This document shows positions 37,370 through 46,264 of a stretch of DNA of 64,000 nucleotides, piece after piece. Position 1 is the first letter of the stretch, and the number at the start of each line of letters is the position of its first letter. Origin of the DNA: an uncultured Candidatus Saccharibacteria bacterium (lineage in GTDB: Bacteria; Patescibacteriota; Minisyncoccia; Phycocordibacterales; UBA12088); contig CAYPBQ010000001.1 in NCBI GenBank assembly GCA_964409035.1, forward strand, positions 111,638-175,637, given 5' to 3'. Below the pieces are notes generated by a model. The model had not been told where the DNA came from, did not search any database, and saw only the letters and a list, made by a program, of their open reading frames with translations. Made by a program: the position numbers and the translations under genes.

Positions 37370-38374
37370 CTACTTTTCAAGCGAGGAGGTGTATTGTCCA
37401 TCGCGCGCAAGTATGTTCATTCGAAGACGATGAATAAATTTTCTTTGTGCCTCATCTCTATTTGCTTCATCACCCTTCCACGCATCAAGAGCGGCGTCCT
37501 GTAGTGCGCGCGAATAAGAAAATGTCATTGGCCACGGATGCGGGCCTATGAGCGCCATTTCATTGAGATGTTCTGTAGCCATAAGTGCTGATTGTCCACC
37601 AGAAAGAAAGACAACGCCCCCTACTTTTTCTGGAACGCAATCCTTGAGCACCGCAACAGTCCGTGTTGCCACATCCTTGTAACTTACCGATACCCCGCTA
37701 TCCTTTCCAGGAAGAACCATACTAGTTTTAAGAATTGTAGAACCCAAATCCACCTCTGCATTTACAAGCTCTTTGTAGAGGGCAGTGAGAACTCGGCGCA
37801 ATGCCGACTCACACTCATCTATGCTGTGAGAACCATCATAAAGCACCTCTGGTTCAAGGATAGGCACCACCCCTGCCTCTATGCAGTTAATTGCATAAGA
37901 CGCTAATGCCTTTGTATCGATTGTTATATCTGCATCAGTCGGAAGTCCGTTACCGACTGAAAAGACCGCTCGCCATTTTGCAAATGATGCGCCCTGTTTT
38001 TTGTATTCTAAGAGGCGCTGATCAAGCCCGCTTAATCCGTCAGTGTATTGTTCACCAGGTGTTTCAGGATTATCAAGTAATCCCTGGTCTACTTTTATAC
38101 CTACTTGTATCCCTTTATTTTTTAAGTGGTGCGCAAATGGATCTCCCAAAAGGGTAGATTGTCGAAGTGTTTCTTCGTATAAAATAACTCCGCTTACATA
38201 ATGCTCAATGTGAGGCGTGGTTAAGAGTAGATCTCTGTACGCCCTGCGGACCTCAGCGCTTTCTGTAATTCCTCGCGCCTTCAATCGCGCATTCATTGAC
38301 TTATTACTCTCGTCTGCCGCAAGAATACCCTTACCCTCTTGCATAAGAAGAGAAACCGTTTCGTGTAGATTCAT
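37370..38374 (-). CDS. Fructose-bisphosphate aldolase, class I
   Basis: 334 aa. GKGILAADESNKSMNARLK, a Schiff-base lysine region, and a C-terminal region typical of class I FBA. Confidence 0.85.
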   Translation of the reverse strand: MNLHETVSLLMQEGKGILAADESNKSMNARLKARGITESAEVRRAYRDLLLTTPHIEHYVSGVILYEETLRQSTLLGDPFAHHLKNKGIQVGIKVDQGLLDNPETPGEQYTDGLSGLDQRLLEYKKQGASFAKWRAVFSVGNGLPTDADITIDTKALASYAINCIEAGVVPILEPEVLYDGSHSIDECESALRRVLTALYKELVNAEVDLGSTILKTSMVLPGKDSGVSVSYKDVATRTVAVLKDCVPEKVGGVVFLSGGQSALMATEHLNEMALIGPHPWPMTFSYSRALQDAALDAWKGDEANRDEAQRKFIHRLRMNILARDGQYTSSLEK

Positions 38375-38388
38375 ATCCGTATTGTATA

Positions 38389-40932
38389 TTAGATTTTATC
38401 TTTTCGAGCTAAATAAATTGGTAGATACGGATTCTTATCTTGTGCTTCTTTTTGTAACATTTCAATTCGTGATCGTATCGTAGCCATTATTTCATCATCT
38501 GTCTCAGTAGTAAACTGTATTGGCTCACCAATAGCAACCGTTACCGTCCCTGAATGCGGAATAATCGAATTTCTTTTTAGTACATACGAGAGCCCATAAT
38601 GGGCAATAGGTACTACGGGTAGTTTGAGTGCTCGAATAAGGTGTGCAGTTCCTCGCATAAACGGTAAGAGCTCACCATTATCACTTCGTCTACCCTCTGG
38701 AAACATAAGTAGTGACTCTCCCCCTTCTACTACATGCCCTGCATATTTGAGCGATGCCGAAAATCCATCTTCTTGCCGCAAGATAAATGCCCCCGCGCTA
38801 ACTCTCACAAGAAAAAGAATACCCCTATACCACAATCGCGTAAGGAGTGGAGCATGTGGTCGATAATAATAGGTGTCCGCAGTAGGTGTTGCAAGAAGAT
38901 ATCTATATCTATATGGCAATGCTCGTATTATTACCGAGTGATCAGCGCTACTAACGTGATTAGTAACAATCATCATAGGTTCGTGGGTATCGGGTATATG
39001 CTCGCGCCCAATCACCTTGAGTGTAATAAAGCATGCACTTATCGCGCTCTCGAGCACAGACATGAGCGCACGAAGCGATCTACCTACTGGAGTATGAATA
39101 CCTTGAAACCCATGAAGAGATTGCGTAGTCTTTTTTCTCTCTTGAATGTACTTTTCTATCTCAGCAACAGTGGTACGCGGAGTAATCATATCCTCTGATA
39201 ACTCGTAGTTATACTCACGAGCAATGCCAGAGATAAGCTCTACCCTCCCTAATGAATCGAGCCCCACCTCACTTACCAATGTTTGATGAGGAGCAATCGT
39301 AGAGGCTTCCCTTCCAGTTATGGACGCCAGCAAATCATATAGTTTTGACCTATGTGATGATGCGGTAGCACTTCCTTCTGTAGCGCCAGAGATAATTCTT
39401 TTGACTGCGATACGTTTTGTTTTTAGTGTTGTGGTTTTAGGAAATTCTCGCTCATGCCACAAACTGTATCCTTGTATTCGCATCGCGCTTGAAAGCGTGT
39501 CATTTGCACGTTGTACAATATCCTTCACGTCATCATGCTCATCTTTTAGAATCAACACCGCATGGATTGCCTCACCATGATCTCGCTCTACCCCCACCAC
39601 GCACGCCTCCTTTACTCGTGAATCATCTAGGAGTACTCGTTCTATATCATCAGGAAATATGTTGATACCAGAGGAAGAAAGAATCATTTCTTTCACCCTA
39701 CCACTCACTACCAAGTTAGCATCATCATCTTTATAACCAATGTCACCTGTTTTAAACCATCCATCATCAGTAAATGCATCGTGTGTTGCATGCTCATGAT
39801 GATAGTAACCAGTAAAGACATTAGGTCCGCGTACTTCTATTTCTCCCTCTTTTGAAAAACGCACTGACACACGAGGAAATTCTTTGCCTACCGTACCCCA
39901 TGCCTTATCAGTAGGAGAAGTTGCAGCGATAACAGGAGATGTTTCAGTAAGGCCATACCCCTCATATATAGATATACCGACATTTCTCCAAAATGTAGCA
40001 ATAGACCGAGAGAGTGGCGCGCCACCTGATACCATGTACTCAAAATGTCGTCCAAACGCCTTATGTATTTTTCTAAATAGTATCTTTTTTACAAATAGCG
40101 GTAGTGTACTCGCTCGCTCGCTTAATTTCATGAGTGTATCATATCTGCCTGATTCTTTTGCCCTCCCAATCACACCCATATACATCGCCTCAATAAGGCG
40201 TGGCACTACGAGCATGTGGGTTATTTTTTCCTTTTTTAACAAAGAAAATAGTACAGATGCGACTATCGCACTTGGGTATACAATAGTACCGCCTAACAAA
40301 AGTGGTACCCAGAGTCCGCCAACCTGCTCAAACATATGAGAGAGTGGGAGCGTAGAGAGTACGCGAACTCGTTTTCCAAATGAAAAATGAGTTACTGCTC
40401 CACACACATTTGCAGTCACGTTTGCATGGGTAAGCATCACCCCCTTAGGATCGCCTGTGGTGCCAGAGGTATACACAATGTAGGCAAGATCATCTTCCTT
40501 GACTAAAGACGCAGGGATACCAGCATATGGCGCAATAGTATGTAAAAAATCTTCAAGTACTACTGTTGTCCCGCTCATATTCTGCGGTCGGTACTTACTC
40601 TTAAGTAGTAACTTCGCTTGTGATCGTGTTGCGATTGTTTGTGCAGTTGAGAGAGTTGCCTGTATATCAACAGGGACAACAACCGCTCCAACAGATAGCG
40701 CTCCAAGGCTTGCAACTACCCACTCAATACTATTTGGTCCCCATATAACAATGGTGTCTCCCTTGCGTATACCCTCCGCTACACACCACGCGCTCGCCTT
40801 CTGTATAAGTGTATGCAATGTTGCGTAGGAATATCTAAAGGTGCGATATCCGTTATGAACTACAATCGCCTCACCCGATTGTGTTGCATGTATACCAAGT
40901 ATATCTACAAGAGTTTTCGGGTCTTTAGTCAT
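38389..40932 (-). CDS. Tri-domain fusion: acyl-CoA/acyl-ACP ligase (AMP-binding) - phosphopantetheine carrier domain - PlsC-type lysophospholipid acyltransferase (Aas-like, reversed domain order)
   Basis: The N-terminal AMP-binding domain carries YTSGTTGDPKGVMLTH. A central carrier motif (LVSEVGLDSLGRVELISGI) has the conserved Ser. The C-terminal domain carries the HX4D acyltransferase motif (NHVSSADH), FPEGRRS and PIAH. Confidence 0.8.
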   Translation of the reverse strand: MTKDPKTLVDILGIHATQSGEAIVVHNGYRTFRYSYATLHTLIQKASAWCVAEGIRKGDTIVIWGPNSIEWVVASLGALSVGAVVVPVDIQATLSTAQTIATRSQAKLLLKSKYRPQNMSGTTVVLEDFLHTIAPYAGIPASLVKEDDLAYIVYTSGTTGDPKGVMLTHANVTANVCGAVTHFSFGKRVRVLSTLPLSHMFEQVGGLWVPLLLGGTIVYPSAIVASVLFSLLKKEKITHMLVVPRLIEAMYMGVIGRAKESGRYDTLMKLSERASTLPLFVKKILFRKIHKAFGRHFEYMVSGGAPLSRSIATFWRNVGISIYEGYGLTETSPVIAATSPTDKAWGTVGKEFPRVSVRFSKEGEIEVRGPNVFTGYYHHEHATHDAFTDDGWFKTGDIGYKDDDANLVVSGRVKEMILSSSGINIFPDDIERVLLDDSRVKEACVVGVERDHGEAIHAVLILKDEHDDVKDIVQRANDTLSSAMRIQGYSLWHEREFPKTTTLKTKRIAVKRIISGATEGSATASSHRSKLYDLLASITGREASTIAPHQTLVSEVGLDSLGRVELISGIAREYNYELSEDMITPRTTVAEIEKYIQERKKTTQSLHGFQGIHTPVGRSLRALMSVLESAISACFITLKVIGREHIPDTHEPMMIVTNHVSSADHSVIIRALPYRYRYLLATPTADTYYYRPHAPLLTRLWYRGILFLVRVSAGAFILRQEDGFSASLKYAGHVVEGGESLLMFPEGRRSDNGELLPFMRGTAHLIRALKLPVVPIAHYGLSYVLKRNSIIPHSGTVTVAIGEPIQFTTETDDEIMATIRSRIEMLQKEAQDKNPYLPIYLARKDKI

Positions 40933-40945
40933 ATACCTTTATGTG

Positions 40946-41257
40946 TTAGGTAAGTAATACTATCGCAGTAGCATATTCACCATCGTGACTTATTGATACA
41001 CTCATTATCTTGCTATCATCTACGCGCAAAAAAGGAGCGCCACTTACTTCATGATCTACTTCAAGCAATAGCCAATCGATTTTTTTACCTACCGCCTTAC
41101 AGTACGCCTCTTTAACGGCTATGTATCCCCCAGCCCGAAGAGAATTTCCTTGAATTGATTGTAACTCTGCATCTGTAAACACTCGAGCACACTCTTCACT
41201 ATTTGAAAGTAGCCGCTCTACCCTTCGTATGCTGATTAAATCTATTCCTACCCGCAT
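40946..41257 (-). CDS. acpS: Holo-[acyl-carrier-protein] synthase (4'-phosphopantetheinyl transferase)
   Basis: 103 aa. MRVGIDLISIRRVE...IAVKEAYCKAVG is the AcpS fold signature. Confidence 0.75.
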   Translation of the reverse strand: MRVGIDLISIRRVERLLSNSEECARVFTDAELQSIQGNSLRAGGYIAVKEAYCKAVGKKIDWLLLEVDHEVSGAPFLRVDDSKIMSVSISHDGEYATAIVLLT

Positions 41258-41295
41258 TGGTAGTAGTATACCAGAGCTGTGCTATGCTTTTTGAC

Positions 41296-41745
41296 ATGGC
41301 GATTATTCGTAACAAAAAGGCATCATTTAACTTCGAACTTCAAGAGAGATTCGAGGCGGGTATTGAGCTTTTTGGCCATGAAGTAAAGGCAATAAAAGCC
41401 GGAAAAGCACATCTAGAGGGAGCTCGGGTACTTGTAAGAGGGGGCGAGGTATATCTTGTGGGTGCAACTATATTTGCATACCAAGAAAGTAATAGCCCAA
41501 AGACATATAACCCAATGCGCAACAGACGACTGCTTCTCCACAAAAAGGAAATGCTTCAGATAGCAAGCGCGGAAGCCACCAAAGGGTTGACAGTAGTACC
41601 AATTTCAATGTATAATAAGGGTAGAAAGTTGAAGCTTGAAATTGCTATTGCTCGTGGTAAGAAGATGGCAGACAAACGAGAGACAATAAAAAAGCGTGAC
41701 ACTAATAGAGACGTTGAGCGCGAGACAAAATTCAAACTCAAATAA
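41296..41745 (+). CDS. smpB: SsrA-binding protein SmpB
   Basis: IRNKKASFNFELQERFEAGIELFGHEVKAIKAGKAHLEGARV... with a basic C-terminal tail. The start is at MAIIRNKK; the longer ORF from 41257 overlaps acpS. Confidence 0.88.
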   Translation: MAIIRNKKASFNFELQERFEAGIELFGHEVKAIKAGKAHLEGARVLVRGGEVYLVGATIFAYQESNSPKTYNPMRNRRLLLHKKEMLQIASAEATKGLTVVPISMYNKGRKLKLEIAIARGKKMADKRETIKKRDTNRDVERETKFKLK

Positions 41746-41836
41746 CACGTCATTTTGTTTTTTGAAAATAATATACATGCTTATCGTAATGGAAACATAT
41801 CCTTCCCCGCCTTTACTTATTACATGAGTTAAGACG

Positions 41837-42218
41837 GGGGATGATTGGCCTCGACAGTGAGTATGTGTTGCATAGTGTGCGAGTTCGTGTGAGGTGACAC
41901 GGTAAAAACACCTCAACCAATACGTGCTACAAAACTTCGCACGGCAATTCTTTCACCTTTCCAGATGAAGGACTTTGCACTCGCTGTAGCCTAAGGCTCG
42001 CGACATCCTACAGGGCGTTGTCTGATAGCCTTGTAACGGTGTAATACCATCAGAACCGCAAGTAGAACGACGTCACTCTGCTTGCTAAATAATGACGCTA
42101 TACGGTGTTGGCTTTTGACGAATTTTCTATCAACACCACGAACCAACAAATTCGCCAAGACTTCGTAGACTCACTATGCACTCCTCTCTGGATGCGGGTT
42201 CGATTCCCGCCATCTCCA
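41837..42218 (+). ncRNA. ssrA: tmRNA (SsrA)
   Basis: The 5' GGGGAUGAUUGGCCUCGACAG... acceptor strand pairs with the 3' ...GCGGGUUCGAUUCCCGCCAUCUCCA (T-arm plus acceptor). The internal tag frame ends ...FQMKDFALAVA-UAA. It lies immediately downstream of smpB and is followed by a terminator hairpin at 42231-42255. Confidence 0.85.
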
Positions 42219-42259
42219 CAATTACAAAAACCTTCCCGCTTTCGCGGGAGTTTTTGTTT

Positions 42260-42433
42260 GTGGAGTGGAGCGAGAGAACTTCTTCTCTCGCGTCGGGAAT
42301 CGAAAGGCGCAGCGATGTTTTGTCCGCGTCCAAGCGGACAAAACCGCGAGCCTAGACGAAGCGCGCTTACTATCTTTTTGAGCGCAGCGATAGAAAGTAG
42401 TTAGCGACGCATCGTCGATCCGCCATCTCCACA
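42260..42433 (+). repeat. tmRNA-3'-end-associated structured module, copy 1
   Basis: It begins GTGGAGTGGAG, then the hairpin cgagagaacttcttctctcg, then GTCGGGAATCGAAAGGCGCAG. It contains an 11-bp hairpin gttttgtccgc-gtccaa-gcggacaaaac. It ends CGATCCGCCATCTCCACA, a degenerate copy of the tmRNA 3' end. The module ends can pair with each other. Confidence 0.6.
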
Positions 42434-42474
42434 AATTAAAACAATACCGCCCTTTGGCGGTTTTTGTTTTTACT

Positions 42475-42633
42475 GTGGAGTGGAAGACGATGCCTTCGCA
42501 TCGTCTGTCGGGAATCGAACGGCGGAGCGTTATACGTACGACTAAAAGGAGTGCGTATCGCGAGCCGCGTCCAACAACACTTAACGAATGCAATGAGTTT
42601 AGTGATTGTGGGACGATTCCCGCCATCTCCACG
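42475..42633 (+). repeat. tmRNA-3'-end-associated structured module, copy 2
   Basis: It is preceded by the terminator ccgcc-cttt-ggcgg-TTTTTGTTTTT. It begins GTGGAGTGGAAG, then the hairpin agacgatgc-cttc-gcatcgtct, then GTCGGGAATCGAACGGCGGAG. It ends GGGACGATTCCCGCCATCTCCACG. Confidence 0.6.
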
Positions 42634-42751
42634 TAATAACACTAATTCGAACTATTTGGTCGCAGAGCGACTGTTCTGTGTACTTGGTACGCGCCGAGTG
42701 CGTGGGACAGGCATACTAAGAAAAAAGGGTAATTTTTGTTATACTCTGCAC

Positions 42752-43279
42752 ATGAAATCATCGACCATCGAATCCCCTTCCTATGTTATAAGACAATTTA
42801 AGACGAGTGATGCCGAATTGTGGCAAATGTGGGATATTGATCCTGAAGTGCAGGCATTTATGCCGGAGCCGTTTAATAAACCACAAGACATTGAGGAGCA
42901 GTACGCATACATCAAAGCATGTGAAGCTGATGAAGAAGGATACTACTGGTCAATAGAAACGAGGGGTGGAGTCACGATTGGTACCATCGCGCTCACAGAA
43001 TGCAATGACTACCATGGCGTTGCTAATCTCGGTATCGTGATCGGAAATAAAAACTATTGGGGCAAAGGGGTTGCAACGGAAACCATCACTGCTCTTATCG
43101 ACTATGCATTTACAAATCTAAACCTTTTCTATATTAGCGCTGAAGTTGAGGAAGGAAATGTTCCGATGGTGAATGTTCTGGAAAAAGTCGGGTTCAGACA
43201 AGACGGTTTATTTGAATCAGCTCGGGTAAAAAATGAAAAACGAATCAATGTTCACCATTTCAGTATTGTTAAGCGATAA
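42752..43279 (+). CDS. GNAT family N-acetyltransferase (RimJ/RimL-like)
   Basis: The start is at MKSSTIESP (42752). The ORF's upstream 96 codons overlap the repeat modules and are an artefact. Motifs are IGTIALTECNDYHGVANLGIVIGNKNYWGKGVATE and FYISAEVEEGNVPMVNVLEKVGF. Confidence 0.7.
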   Translation: MKSSTIESPSYVIRQFKTSDAELWQMWDIDPEVQAFMPEPFNKPQDIEEQYAYIKACEADEEGYYWSIETRGGVTIGTIALTECNDYHGVANLGIVIGNKNYWGKGVATETITALIDYAFTNLNLFYISAEVEEGNVPMVNVLEKVGFRQDGLFESARVKNEKRINVHHFSIVKR

Positions 43280-43782
43280 TGAATAGTTATATGAAAAGCA
43301 CAAAAATAATCCCTATTAAACAACGAGACGCCAGTGCCTGCGGACCTACCAGTATTGAAATGACTCTGAAATACTTTGACGTACCACATACAGTCGCAGA
43401 TATTACTAGAGTAACTAACTATAAAAAAGAAGGTGGCATATACAACAAACAACTGGTGAGCGTGCTACAACACTATGGCCTTAAGACAAAAGTTTTGAAG
43501 AATACCTCTTGGGAACAACTGATGGAACTAAATACCAAAGATTCCGTGATAATTCTTTCTTGGATGCTTGATGGCTACATTGGACACCTTAGTGTTTTGG
43601 ATAATGTTGATAAAGACCATATCTATCTCGCGGAACCTACAACTGGAGAAATATTAAGGGTAGGTAAGATAAAGTTTCTCAGGCTCTGGTTAGACTACGA
43701 GGCTAAAGCTGAAGTACCACTGTTCCCCGAATCAAAGTCTGACATTCAACTGAGGTGGTTGTGTATCGCATCGAAACCATAA
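43279..43782 (+). CDS. Peptidase C39-like (papain-fold cysteine peptidase) domain protein
   Basis: 167 aa. The start overlaps the GNAT stop (ATGA). The putative catalytic Cys is in DASACGPTSIEM and the His in YIGHLSVLD. Confidence 0.5.
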   Translation: MNSYMKSTKIIPIKQRDASACGPTSIEMTLKYFDVPHTVADITRVTNYKKEGGIYNKQLVSVLQHYGLKTKVLKNTSWEQLMELNTKDSVIILSWMLDGYIGHLSVLDNVDKDHIYLAEPTTGEILRVGKIKFLRLWLDYEAKAEVPLFPESKSDIQLRWLCIASKP

Positions 43783-43790
43783 GCAAAGAG

Positions 43791-43823
43791 AAAACCCAAA
43801 AGCCAATGAAGGCCTTGGGTTTT
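43791..43823. terminator. Bidirectional terminator between convergent peptidase and ureohydrolase genes
   Basis: aaaacccaa-aagccaatgaaggcc-ttgggtttt. Confidence 0.65.
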
Positions 43824-43839
43824 CAAGTTGTGTCCTGGG

Positions 43840-45102
43840 TCACTTTTTCAGACTTACCCAATGCAGTACCTTCATGAGGATATGGAAGACCAGGCTGGTC
43901 GTCATATCATCACGATCGAGTGCTGGACTAAGTTCGACAACATCTATGCCGACAACCTGGTTGCGCTCGATAACCGCACGCAACAACTTCAGCAGCACCT
44001 GCGGAGTCATGCCGAGCGGTACAGGAGTACCAGTTCCAGGAGCGAAAGATGGGTCGAGCACATCAACGTCGAAGCTGATATAGCACTTCATCCCTTTTGG
44101 CAACCTAGTTGCAAGCACATTAGCCAGCTCCTCTTCGATGACGACTTGAGTTGTTGTCTGACACCTTTCTTCACCAAGAGGAGCACCGGCAAAACCACGC
44201 ACTCCAAACTGGAGCAAATGGGCTGTTGGGTTTTCATGCACCACTCGTCGCATGACGTTGCCATGATGATGCTCTGAACCAACCTCCCACTCCCCCATGT
44301 CTGTGTGCGCATCCAGATGAATGATGACTATCTCTCCATGGACTTCTGTACACGCACGAATGAGTGGCGCAGAGATTGAGTGGTCTCCCCCAATGAACAC
44401 AGGAAATGCACCGCTCCGATGTGACAATAAAGCGCCCCGATAGCAACGCTCATAGACAGTCGCTAGAGATTCCCCTGTTCGATACGCAACATTGCCCAGG
44501 TCTCCAAACGGAACTCCTTCGAGGATCACAGTCCCGAGGTCAGCGTTATGCCAACCACGGTTTCTTCTGGTAAAGATATCCCGCTCGTAAGCCAGAAATT
44601 TCGCTGAAACTTCACGGAGTCGATCCGGACCAAAGCGAGTACCCGGATTACCGGTCGCCGCCTGGTCGAGACATACTCCAGCCACAACGATTGTTCCTTC
44701 TTCGAGACTACACACATCGACTGCAGGCGAGTACACAAACTGTATTCGCGCACTAACAAATAAGGTTTCCCTATCGACAACCAGCGGCTCTTCAGCTTTT
44801 CCGTCTACTACTTCAATTAGAAAGAAAGCTTCAGCAAACGCAGCAATAATCAATAGAAATTCCTCGTACGGTTCACCCCCAGCCACTCCAAGCTCCATCG
44901 CGGCTTCATGCGTGCTTTTAACTACGCGGAAAGCTGCGAGGATCTTCAAGGACTCCTCAGTCAGAGAAAGCCGATGACCAGTCCGAGTGTTGTGTACCAC
45001 AACACAATTCTCGCCATCTTCACTTTCAAGCATGAGGTGTCTTGATACAACATACCAATCAGTACTCATGACTCTCCTCTCTTGTGCCCACAGCATGGGC
45101 AC
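43840..45102 (-). CDS. Arginase/agmatinase/formiminoglutamase-family ureohydrolase with N-terminal PqqD-like (RRE) domain; candidate peptide arginase
   Basis: Ureohydrolase metal-binding motifs GGDHSIS, HLDAHTD and SFDVDVLDP. The N-terminal ~110 aa (YVVSRHLMLESEDGENCVVVHNTRTGHRLSLTEESLKILAAFRVVKSTHEAAMELG...YEEFLLIIAAFAEAFFLIEV) follow the PqqD/RRE pattern. Confidence 0.7.
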   Translation of the reverse strand: MPMLWAQERRVMSTDWYVVSRHLMLESEDGENCVVVHNTRTGHRLSLTEESLKILAAFRVVKSTHEAAMELGVAGGEPYEEFLLIIAAFAEAFFLIEVVDGKAEEPLVVDRETLFVSARIQFVYSPAVDVCSLEEGTIVVAGVCLDQAATGNPGTRFGPDRLREVSAKFLAYERDIFTRRNRGWHNADLGTVILEGVPFGDLGNVAYRTGESLATVYERCYRGALLSHRSGAFPVFIGGDHSISAPLIRACTEVHGEIVIIHLDAHTDMGEWEVGSEHHHGNVMRRVVHENPTAHLLQFGVRGFAGAPLGEERCQTTTQVVIEEELANVLATRLPKGMKCYISFDVDVLDPSFAPGTGTPVPLGMTPQVLLKLLRAVIERNQVVGIDVVELSPALDRDDMTTSLVFHILMKVLHWVSLKK

Positions 45103-46175
45103 ATGTGCCGTTTCCTGAATTTGCGGAAGTTGATATCGTAGGTACGAAAATCCAACTCCGCAACCTTATTAGTCATCGTTGGTTTCGAGAAACCAGTAAT
45201 GACCTTCACCACATCCAATACATGATAGTTTGCGGTGATCGCACTAATGGCAGCGATATTTCCACCTTTAATGTGCGTATTAGTAACTGTCAATTGCTGA
45301 TACTCAGCTCGATGAAGCTGTTTATCAAGTGCGTGCTCATAACAGTACCAACACGCTGATTCTCCAGGAATGACCGTTGGTCCGATAAAGCTTAAGTGTC
45401 CATCATACCCTCCGCAGAGAATGTGAGGCACTTGTAGCTCAAAACCAACTTCCGTGACAATCCGATTAACCACATCTGTACTCGGATCATCCGCACAGGA
45501 GATAATCAAACTGCTACCTCGCATCCCAACAAGGCAGTCTTGTGGGGACACAACTTGCCGTGCAACACCCTGGACTGAGATTCCAGCATCAATGGCACGG
45601 AGTTTTCGTTCTGCCACTTGAACCTTTAGGGATCCGACGTCATCAACATTGAACAAACACTGTCTGTTCAAGTTTGATATTTCCACCACGTCTGGATCGA
45701 TGAATGTAAAGTTACGGACACCAGCTAGGGCAAGACCTTGGGCAACCCAAGTACCAATCCCTCCCAAACCGATTATCGCAACCCGCGCTATATGTAAACG
45801 CTCTTGCATTGCTTCGCGGGATTGGGTTCTTGTCTCAAACTCCGCAAAGAAATTGCGCTGGGTTACAAATTTATCCTGGCAAATAACGGTAGGATGCTTT
45901 TTGGTAGCCAGTATCCGACTCTTTTGGAGTATTGATACCAGTCGCCGGACTTCTATTATTGGGAGGCCTGCTTTCCTTGCTATCTCTTCGATTGGATGCA
46001 AACCATCAAAATATTGCAAGCAACCAAAAGCCTCTTTGTTAAGTTGGAACGGCAGGACAACACTACTTGCATTGAAGAGAAAGTTCACTTCATAGACATC
46101 TCGTACACTTCTGTACAAGACAGAGATACTGTCTTTGATCTGTGGAAACACTGCGTGGACTCCTTTCATAGGCAT
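45066..46175 (-). CDS. ThiF/MoeB/E1-like adenylating enzyme with N-terminal PqqD-like (RRE) domain (MccB-like architecture)
   Basis: Rossmann motif VAIIGLGGIGTWVAQGLALAGVRNFTFIDPDVVEISNLNRQ. Zn-binding CxxC pairs (CWYC...CPCC). The N-terminal ~110 aa (VLPFQLNKEAFGCLQYFDGLHPIEEIARKAGLPIIEVRRLVSILQKSRIL) closely match the PqqD/RRE consensus. It overlaps the ureohydrolase gene by 37 nt. Confidence 0.75.
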   Translation of the reverse strand: MPMKGVHAVFPQIKDSISVLYRSVRDVYEVNFLFNASSVVLPFQLNKEAFGCLQYFDGLHPIEEIARKAGLPIIEVRRLVSILQKSRILATKKHPTVICQDKFVTQRNFFAEFETRTQSREAMQERLHIARVAIIGLGGIGTWVAQGLALAGVRNFTFIDPDVVEISNLNRQCLFNVDDVGSLKVQVAERKLRAIDAGISVQGVARQVVSPQDCLVGMRGSSLIISCADDPSTDVVNRIVTEVGFELQVPHILCGGYDGHLSFIGPTVIPGESACWYCYEHALDKQLHRAEYQQLTVTNTHIKGGNIAAISAITANYHVLDVVKVITGFSKPTMTNKVAELDFRTYDINFRKFRKRHMCPCCGHKRGES

Positions 46176-46240
46176 TCCGAACCCTTCTGTACAAGACAGG
46201 GATACTGTCTTTAGCCTGTGGAAACACTGCGTGGACTCCT
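46108..46240. repeat. 57-bp tandem direct repeat (period 76 bp) duplicating the E1-like gene 5' end into its upstream region
   Basis: Copy A is at 46108-46164, inside the codons for MPMKGVHAVFPQIKDSISVLY. Copy B is at 46184-46240. They differ at 4 of 57 positions. Copy B is out of frame and lacks an ATG. Confidence 0.8.
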
Positions 46241-46264
46241 ATTGTTAATTTCAAAAAACAAGAA

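Noticed and set aside
42464-42751. Long N-terminal extension of the GNAT ORF (start at 42464)
   Set aside because: The first 96 codons run through the tmRNA-end repeat modules and terminator hairpins. A Met at 42752 begins a typical GNAT N-terminus.
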